Shown here: one piece after another, positions 55,573-64,000 of the stretch | Position numbering within the stretch: the first letter of the stretch is position 1 | Layout: every line of letters begins with the position of its first letter | Assembly: GCA_964016885.1 (NCBI GenBank) | Contig: OZ024754.1 | Coordinates: 29,884,001 to 29,948,000, forward strand | Length of the DNA stretch: 64,000 bases | Source: Eledone cirrhosa | Taxonomy: Eukaryota | Reading direction: 5' to 3' | Notes under the pieces: model-generated | The model's database searches: none | The model's input: the letters and a program-made list of their open reading frames with translations, nothing else | What the model was told of the DNA's origin: nothing | Translations under genes and position numbers: made by a program

Positions 55573-55740
55573 GTAGAGGATCAGACATGCTTTCCAGCGT
55601 AGTTACGTCCCTTTGCGATCTGAGTTCAAACCCCGCCGAAGTTAACTTTGCCTTTCATCCTTACGGGGTCGATAAAATAAAGTACCAGTAATGTACTGAT
55701 AATTGCTGGCCTTGTGCCAAAAGTAGAAACAATTATTATT
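55573..55740 (+). mobile_element. tRNA-derived SINE, 5'-truncated
   Basis: Same family; ATT tail. Confidence 0.85.
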
Positions 55741-56859
55741 TTTGTATTGTCTATGTCTTTTCATGACATTGAGAGATTTCGTATACTGAACATAAATGAA
55801 TAAATATTTGTATTGAAATTAAAAATAAATTAGACATAAATGAACGATCGACATTCGTCAAATCGGACCGAGGAAACAATGTTTCCATTGGTCTTTCCAA
55901 TTTCTAATACTATCTATCGGTCAACTCCAGGTAGAAGGAGCAACGTGAAATAAAGACATGTAGATGGGGAGAAAAAAAAAGAAGAAAACAGTGTCATATA
56001 GAAACAAATATTTCGCAGATGGAACAAGTTTGGGTCGGGATTATTTCTAGAACTTTAAAAGTATTTTAAAATAAAACATTTCACAGCGTGATTCATAAAT
56101 AAAAAGATAAACTAGTTTTAAAAACTTTATATTAGCAACCTTTCTCCAACAGCATTATCTTTCTTTCAATTAATAATATATAACAAATTTAGCTAACATT
56201 TAGCAATGAATGACCTCTACTAGTCGTAAGACATTTTGTGTAACTAAACGCTTGCTATCTTCCTAATATAATTAGCATAGATTCTAGAATGCGACTGTGT
56301 AACGGGAATGCATAAATATGGCTGACATAATCGCAGAAAGGCTGAACTAATTGCTTTGTAATCTTATACTCGATAGGCTTCAGTTAATATTGAATTGTAA
56401 CGCTGGTAGTTTTAACTACGCCTTTAGATAATATAGTAGCTTAAATTGAATCGACGTATCGATTATACCGCTGCCTTTATAATAATTGACCTCGTTCTCA
56501 GTGGAAAACAGTAACTAAAAATAAATACAATTACTAAGATTTCGTCATTCAATTAGAAATTTCTCCTTTGCTGTGATCCGGGTACAAACTTGTTTAAAAA
56601 TATTTCGAAATCAAGAAACAAATTTTAAGAAAAATTATTTACACATGCACCGAGTTTCGATTAGTGATCGTCATTAAATGTCATGATCATGAATGTGTCA
56701 TCTTGTCATCATGGGCCTTAAATTCCTTATATAATCATAAGGGCCCAGTCACGACACAGTGTACCGTGCCTTGGGCACTTTGACCTAACGGAGCCCATCC
56801 CTCTCCAGGTCTGAACACAGTTGATTTCATCCAGAGGGAGAGAGAGAAAACCCAGAAGG

Positions 56860-57104
56860 TAAAGGGCTGTAACTCTATGCTACGAAGCATAGTGTCTGAC
56901 GCTCTACCGATACTGCCAATAATAATTGTTTCTACTTTAGGCACAAAGCCACCAATTACCCAGTGTATTACTGGTACTTTATTTTATCGACCCCGTAAGG
57001 ATGAAAGGCAAAGTTAACCTCGGCGGGGTTTGAACTCAGAATGGCAAGGGCCGTAACTCTATGCGTCAAAGCATGGCGTCCGACCCTCTACCGATACTGC
57101 CAAT
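56860..57104 (-). mobile_element. Tandem SINEs (copy 56921-57104 plus head fragment 56860-56920)
   Basis: Same family, joined through an AAT repeat. Confidence 0.8.
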
Positions 57105-57146
57105 AATAATAACAACAACATCAACAACAACAATAACATCAACAAC

Positions 57147-57178
<32 letters not shown>

Positions 57179-57385
57179 CAGCAGCAGCAAAATCAACTGT
57201 TATAGCATACGTTAGTTTGGAATTGATTAAAACTTTTCATGGCTGCTAAAGAAAAAAAGAAAATGTATCTCTGTATTATATCCACAGTTAAATAGAAATG
57301 AAACCAGATATTAGTTTTAAACAAGTCAACGAGAAATCGATTAAAATATATTCCATCTTTTTCTTAATGGCCGGCTGTCTTCGAC

Positions 57386-57454
57386 GTCATCATCACCATC
57401 ATCAACATCACCGTCATTATCACCATCATTATAAATATCATTCCCATCACTATC

Positions 57455-57496
<42 letters not shown>

Positions 57497-57534
57497 TATA
57501 ATCCACACTCCCATCATCATCGTTATCGCTGTCG

Positions 57535-57565
<31 letters not shown>

Positions 57566-57633
57566 TATCATCGTTCACATCATCATTATCCACATCATCA
57601 TCGTTATTCTTCTCCCCCTCATCATCATCATCA
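57386..57633. repeat. (ATC)n microsatellite region
   Basis: Directly visible. Confidence 0.95.
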
Positions 57634-59758
57634 TTTCACCATTCCACTATTCTATCATTCTTTTTCTACTTTTCGACCTTTTCTCAATTCATATAATCCA
57701 ACCATTTTACCACTTCTTGCTGTCATAATATCCAAAGTATTTAAGGTTAATCTATTCGATTCTATATGGGAAAGGTTAATGGGTCCAATTTTATGTTCAT
57801 TTTTACATAACTATTATTTCAATGAACCTTCCAACAACATAATGGTTGATATTTCAATCAAATTGCCGTTGGCATAGCAACTGAATGGCCGGTCATCTCA
57901 GGTCACTCAGCATTGTATTAACTTAATCTTCGAATTTAAGTATTTTAAGCTTCAATAGCATTATTCTTAATACTTTCTAATGTAATGAATTTTTCGTCAC
58001 TAACCATTTCTGTTCAATATCCATAATTCTCATCAGTTATTTTATATTTCACAAGTGATTATTGATTCCAAAATTATGGTTTGAATCTTTTAGCCGATTG
58101 CGGCATTTATACGATTTTACTATACAAAAAAAATCAATAAATACAAAACAATCGATTTCCTTAAATTATATTGTTACACATGAGGTATCGCAAAAGAAAC
58201 TTTTTCCCAAACGTCAAATGTATATTGGAGCAGAGTTTTGTAATAAACTGATAAGAGATAAGATTTGACATGTTCAAAACACAACGCCATTGCAGATGAT
58301 TTTCCCAGGTTTTGAAAATTTTACCGATATTCGGTGAAATGAAATGTATCAAAAATACAGATAAATAACAGCATATGTTAACTGATAAACGAAATATAGT
58401 ATGACAGTCATTTTTCTATATATCTTTGTATAAAAATTGTCAGTAATTTGTATTTCTTTTAACTGTGTACAGCTAGAAGTATATTTTAGAAAAATATGAG
58501 GTTTCAACTCAGAAACTAGTATAAGAATAAACAGTGTGAGGCGTTTATTTCTGTAACTCTACTATTTCTAAAGACTCACTCTCTTTTCGATTAATGTTGT
58601 TATCAAGGCATTAATGTCAATGAATTGGGAGAAGCTGGGACGAAATATAGCGAGTCAGTCTTCATTCTGAGTTTTAAACCCGGTGCAGTGTTAGTGGTCA
58701 ACATCTCCACTGAAGTCAGTGATATTGACTAAAATCAAGTAAAACATCTGACTAGGCAAGCCAACCAATGAACCAATGAACAAACCACCGCCAGGTGGAT
58801 CAGCCTGTGAGAAATAGCAGCCAAATTCCTTTAATCACACCATATCACCATCAAACAAGAAAGTGACAATGTTTAATGTAGTTCTAGATAAAAAAAAAAT
58901 AGACGGGTTTCTTAAGGGTGAAATACATTTGATGATAATTATACTGAATTAAACGTGTCTTTGTGTGAATCCAACACATTGATAATATGGAAAGTTAGGA
59001 ACATACTGTGTCTATATCCTATACAGTGTCAACAGCTCAGTCTATCTAGATGTACTTAGCTACCACAGTGTCATATACTGCACTATGCTGTGTCTATAAC
59101 CAACACATTGATAATGTAGAAAGCTTGGAACTTAGTATAACGTATGAATTATATAAAGAAGCACTATCAATGCCCTGTTACAACTTTTGGTATGGTATGC
59201 TATGGTATGCTATGCTATGGTTCCGTAACTCCTGATAGAGTCGTATGGTCACCGTATTGATATACGGCGTTCCTTGAGCATTTTAATCCTGGCAAAGCCC
59301 ACCCCTATCCAGACCTGAGTACAGCAAATTTCTTCTACAGAGAGGAAGAATCGACCTCAGTACTAGACTGGTACTTTTGTTATCGACCTCGAAAGATGCT
59401 AACTGGTGGTAGAAACTTCAGGCTAGAAACTCACACACACACACAAACACATACATACACACACACTAACACTACACACACACACACAAACACCCACACA
59501 TATGCACACACATACGCATACACACATAGACTCACTCACTCACACACATACACACACACACACCAATAGACTTCACTCGCTCACACACAAACATGATATA
59601 AAGAAAAAGTGGTAAGAAACCTTGTGGACCGTAACGTACCAGACTACTCGATACTTAGGGTAGTAGAGTGGGTAATAGGAAAAGAGTCAGGTCCCCGATG
59701 GTTGATCTCTGGCCGTTTCGACAGTTAGATCCGAACACTTCGGATCTAGCTGTTTTCC

Positions 59759-59851
<93 letters not shown>

Positions 59852-59968
59852 TACTTATATTTATATATATATTTATATATATATATTTACTTATATTGAT
59901 ATATATATTTATATATATATATTTACTTATATTTATTTATTTATTTATATATATATATTTACTTATAT

Positions 59969-60008
<40 letters not shown>

Positions 60009-61084
60009 AAGACCCTGCAACTACATACCGGAGCGCAGACGACGATCTCGGTTAGAAAACCGAGCGGGCTAACAACACCGCCAACTTAGAGATAATACAT
60101 AAAGTAATATTACTCTGAGATATAATGTAGTATAAAGTATAATAAAATATAGTATATAGTATAAAATATACGCCCACATCAGAGATAATATTAGGAATTG
60201 TTGAGCAATCTAATGAAGTAAGTGATGTATGTAAAAGTAATAAAACGAAATAGCTAACATTAATACATATACACATACACACACATATATACATATATAC
60301 ATATATATTCATATATATGTATATTCATATCTATATATATATAAATAAGATTTATTTATATATATATATATGCACAGACTAACAATGGCGACAACTATAT
60401 ATACACTGGATACCACTAGAGAAAGATAAAATGGAGATGAACATCTTATCTTATCTGTTGAAGATAACACCATGAATTAAACTCAGTTCAAATGACAGGC
60501 ACACGCAAAATCACCGCAACATGTTTATATATAATGCCCATAAATTTAGTTGATCAGTTGATAGAACAATAAATATGAAGAATAAAACTTTTTCGATGAA
60601 AAAAGAAGCATCCAAATACACAAATACATACGTAAATATATTGACGTTTACGGACATCAAGATCTCCAAACTATCACCGCTACATCATACAGTCAAACGA
60701 CACAACAAACAAATAAACTTAGTGGACGGTCGCTCACGGACATAAAGACGCACAAACCAGCACCACAGTATCACACCACACCACATCACACTACTCCACA
60801 CCACGCCACACCACACAGTCAAACGTCAGCAAATAAATACTCACACATATATATATATATATATTCATGCTTACACTCCTAGAAATACCAATATACTAAA
60901 TAAAGACAATGGGAAACAGAAACAAAAACTACCCCTCCCCCCCCCCCCCATCAGACTGCACCAAAGCCAATGCGACAACACATACTTAGATATACGTATA
61001 GCTATTTATATATATATATTTGTATATAACTTTTCCTTTTGATTTATATATATATATATATATATATGAATGTATATATATATA

Positions 61085-61120
<36 letters not shown>

Positions 61121-61360
61121 AAACCTCTGGTAATGAGGTAATTATATTGTATTGATTTTATACATTAAATTTTGCTCTGATATTTACATAGAGCACTCTT
61201 CATTTCTATGACCTTTTCTGTTTCCAACTGAAATTTCAATACTTATAAAGCTCCCAAGGGAATGATCGTAGCATATTCTACATCGTTATGAGATTGGTAC
61301 CTTCCAGCCCTTTTTAAGTCGAGCACTCTTCAGTCATAGGATTTTAAACCAATACCAAAT

Positions 61361-63498
61361 ATGGACAAATACCCTTTGGACTACTCTGTAAAGAATATCC
61401 CAACACCTTCTAACACTCTCTACACGAAAATACTGATAGACAAAGTAGAGAAGGTTGTTAAAAGAATGAGATGGAAAGCTTTGATTCTCGATGGTCAATT
61501 TAACACGGATTCTACGGAATATTTTGACATCAAAACTCACAAATACCCGCAAAGAGTAAAAGATATGACCGCCTTTGAATTAGATCTAGTTAACCTTATC
61601 AACAACATCAATTTTCGTAAGTACTCTAACCCCTTTCAATCCAAATTATCTAATGATATTTCTACTTTCAAATCTTCTAATAATAAGTTCATCTTCTCAG
61701 ATAAAACTAAAAACCTATATGAAGTTAATAATAATTTACACGACCAACTATTAATAGATAATATCACCTCTAAATACCAAATAGCTAATATAAATACGTA
61801 CCATAATATAAATAAGGAAGCTAAAGAATTAGCTTTTTCTTTAAAAATAGATAATAGGACAGAAAAACTTGCTAAACGTTCTGCGTATATCACCCTTAAA
61901 GATCATAAACCCGACTTTATTAATCGCCCTAGTTGTAGATTAATCAACCCTGCTAAGACTGATATTGGTCTTGCCAGTAAAAAAATTTTAAATAAATTAA
62001 ATACACACATTAGAAGTAAGTCTAAATTACTCCAATGGATAAATAGCTCTTCCGTAGTACATTGGTTTAATAATATTAAAAACAAAATCAGTTCTAGATT
62101 CACCCAATTCGATATCGTAGATTTCTACCCATCTATTACTCAGACCCTTTTAGTGAAAGCTTTAAATTTCGCTAGAGGGTTCACTAATATCTCCGATATT
62201 GAAGAGGATGTAATCTTGCATGCTAGGAACACTCTACTTTTTAATGATAATAACACTTGGGTAAAAATATCTAACCCAGAGAACCCATTCGATGTCTCAA
62301 TGGGCTCTTATGACAGTGCCGAGGTTTGTGATCTGGTCGGCCTATTCCTCTTACATACACTTAAAGAAAAATTTCCTAACCATATTTTTGGGCTTTATCG
62401 CGATGATGGTCTAATACTTTCCCATACCACCATAGGCCATAACTTAGATAGATTAAGGAAAGACTTAATAAAAACCTTTGCTAGTTTTAATCTTAAAATT
62501 ACTATTGATACTAATCTTTCCAACGTAGATTTCCTAGATATAAACTTAGATTTGCCTACTGCTTCTTATAAACCATACCATAAACCTAATGAAAACTTAA
62601 AATATATAAATAAAGGATCTTGCCATCCAACTATAGTTTTTAAAAACCTTATCCCTAATATTAGCCGTAGGATCTCCACCCTCTCTTCATCAGAAGCTAT
62701 TTTCAATAAGGCATCCCCCTACTATAATAAAGCCCTCCAAAATAGCGGCTTTAGCGAACCAATTAAATACATACCTAACTACACTAACTCTATTAAACAT
62801 AAAAATAGGAAAAGAAAAATAATCTGGTTCACACCCCCTACTCTCTAGCAGTTAAAACTAATGTAGGCAAAAAATTCCTAGAACTCCTAGATAAACATTT
62901 CCCTAGAACACATAGATACTATAAGATCTTTAACAGAAACTGTGTTAAAATTAGCTATTCCTGCGGTCCCCCTATTAAGTCCTATATCCTCAACAAAACA
63001 TCACCTAGAGAAAATCAAACTTGCTCCTGTAGAATCAAAAGTGAATGCCCATTACAAGGTAAATGCAACACCAACGCCATTGTATATGCGGCTAATGTGA
63101 CAACTATCAGCAACAACCATCCAGTCACCAGTGAACGATATGTGGGTATGACGCAAGACAAATTCAAAACGCGTTATTACTCACATGTCGCATCCTTTCG
63201 ACATCCAGAAAAAAGATTTACAACAGCTCTGGCTAGCAGAATCTGGGATTTGAAAGACCAAGGCATCCAATATAAACTAGATTGGTCAATTTTGAACCAA
63301 TCTAAAAAATATGCTAGAGGAACAAGAAAATGCACGCTCTGCATAAATGAAAAATTTTGGATATTGCAAAATCTCAAATCACCAAAGACCTGCCTGAACA
63401 CAAAGACGGAAATTTTTACCAGTTGCCCACACATGAAATCACACCTGCTTTCCAGCTCATATAAACTTAACACACTTTCAGACACTTATCCTCCATAA
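61361..63498 (+). CDS. Penelope-like (Naiad-type) RT-GIY-YIG polyprotein, intact except one frameshift near 62835-62840
   Basis: CRLINPAK, QFDIVDFYPSI, MGSYDSAEVCDLVG, LYRDDGL, FLDINL. After adding one base the frame reads WFTPPYSLAVKTNVG..., CSCRIKSECPLQGKC, IVY...YVGMT...FKTRYYSH, CTLCINEK, CPH, stop at 63498. Confidence 0.9.
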
Positions 63499-63887
63499 AC
63501 TCTGATTATTCTCTTTTTAATTACCCTTTCTGACTTACTTTCATTCTTATCCTTGTCAATAATTTCATTTATTTTCACTTTTTTTTTTTTTTTTTTTTTA
63601 CTCCCCCCCCCCCCTTATTCTCCGATCCACTTCCTATTTTCTATTTTTTACTTCCCCTTCTTTTACTTCCCTTGTTCCTCTACTAACTGATTATACTTGT
63701 CTTTTGTGTTTTTCAATCCACATATCTTTCATTTTTATTTTTATTTTATTTTTGCGCAGCCTATCCTACAATTTTATATTTGTATTTATTTATCCACATT
63801 TCAATATGGCTGAACGCCTTAATGTGTGTATACTTTTTTTACATATGCACATGAGTGACTACGTATGTGCGCGCGCGTGCGTGCATG

Positions 63888-63924
<37 letters not shown>

Positions 63925-64000
63925 GTACGTGTATGTATGCGTGTGTGTACTGGTGTTTGTGTGTGTGTGTGTGTGTATATTATGCGTATGTGTAAGTGTC

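Noticed and set aside
60080-60195. Possible hammerhead in an inverted 5' pLTR of the 61-kb element
   Set aside because: The minus strand has CTGATGT and lacks GAAA; the element's 3' end lies outside the window, so it cannot be compared.
61361-63700. Selenoprotein (UGA plus SECIS) recoding as reported for some Naiads
   Set aside because: No in-frame TGA in the ORF, conserved cysteines use TGC/TGT, and I saw no SECIS-like hairpin after the stop.

Overview
Eukaryotic, very AT-rich, microsatellite-dense intergenic or intronic DNA with no confidently identifiable host gene. The SINE style and repeat landscape suggest a cephalopod such as octopus (inference, not verified). Almost all complex sequence is retrotransposon-derived and sorts by microsatellite type. 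(1) Five same-orientation Tx1/L1-clade copies are stacked in one (GATA)n array (13.5-25.2 kb). (2) R4/Dong-like RLE elements and RTE-like derivatives lie in (TATG)n (26.8-31.5 kb). (3) A Dong-like 3' end lies in (TAA)n (33.5-34.2 kb). (4) Two Penelope-like elements with the Naiad-type CxCx5Cx5C linker lie in (TA)n (10.4-12.3 kb and 61.4-63.5 kb). The most striking signal is a set of at least seven unrelated short non-coding families in (TA)n/(CA)n tracts that carry hand-foldable type I hammerhead ribozymes. Several are built as fold-back palindromes with a one-sided tail, and one family is physically attached to the 3' end of a Naiad-type ORF. Also present: about a dozen copies of a tRNA-derived SINE, two hAT-type MITEs with 8-bp TSDs and a probable non-autonomous Helitron. 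Most ORFs in the supplied track are microsatellite artefacts. All folds and alignments were done by eye.
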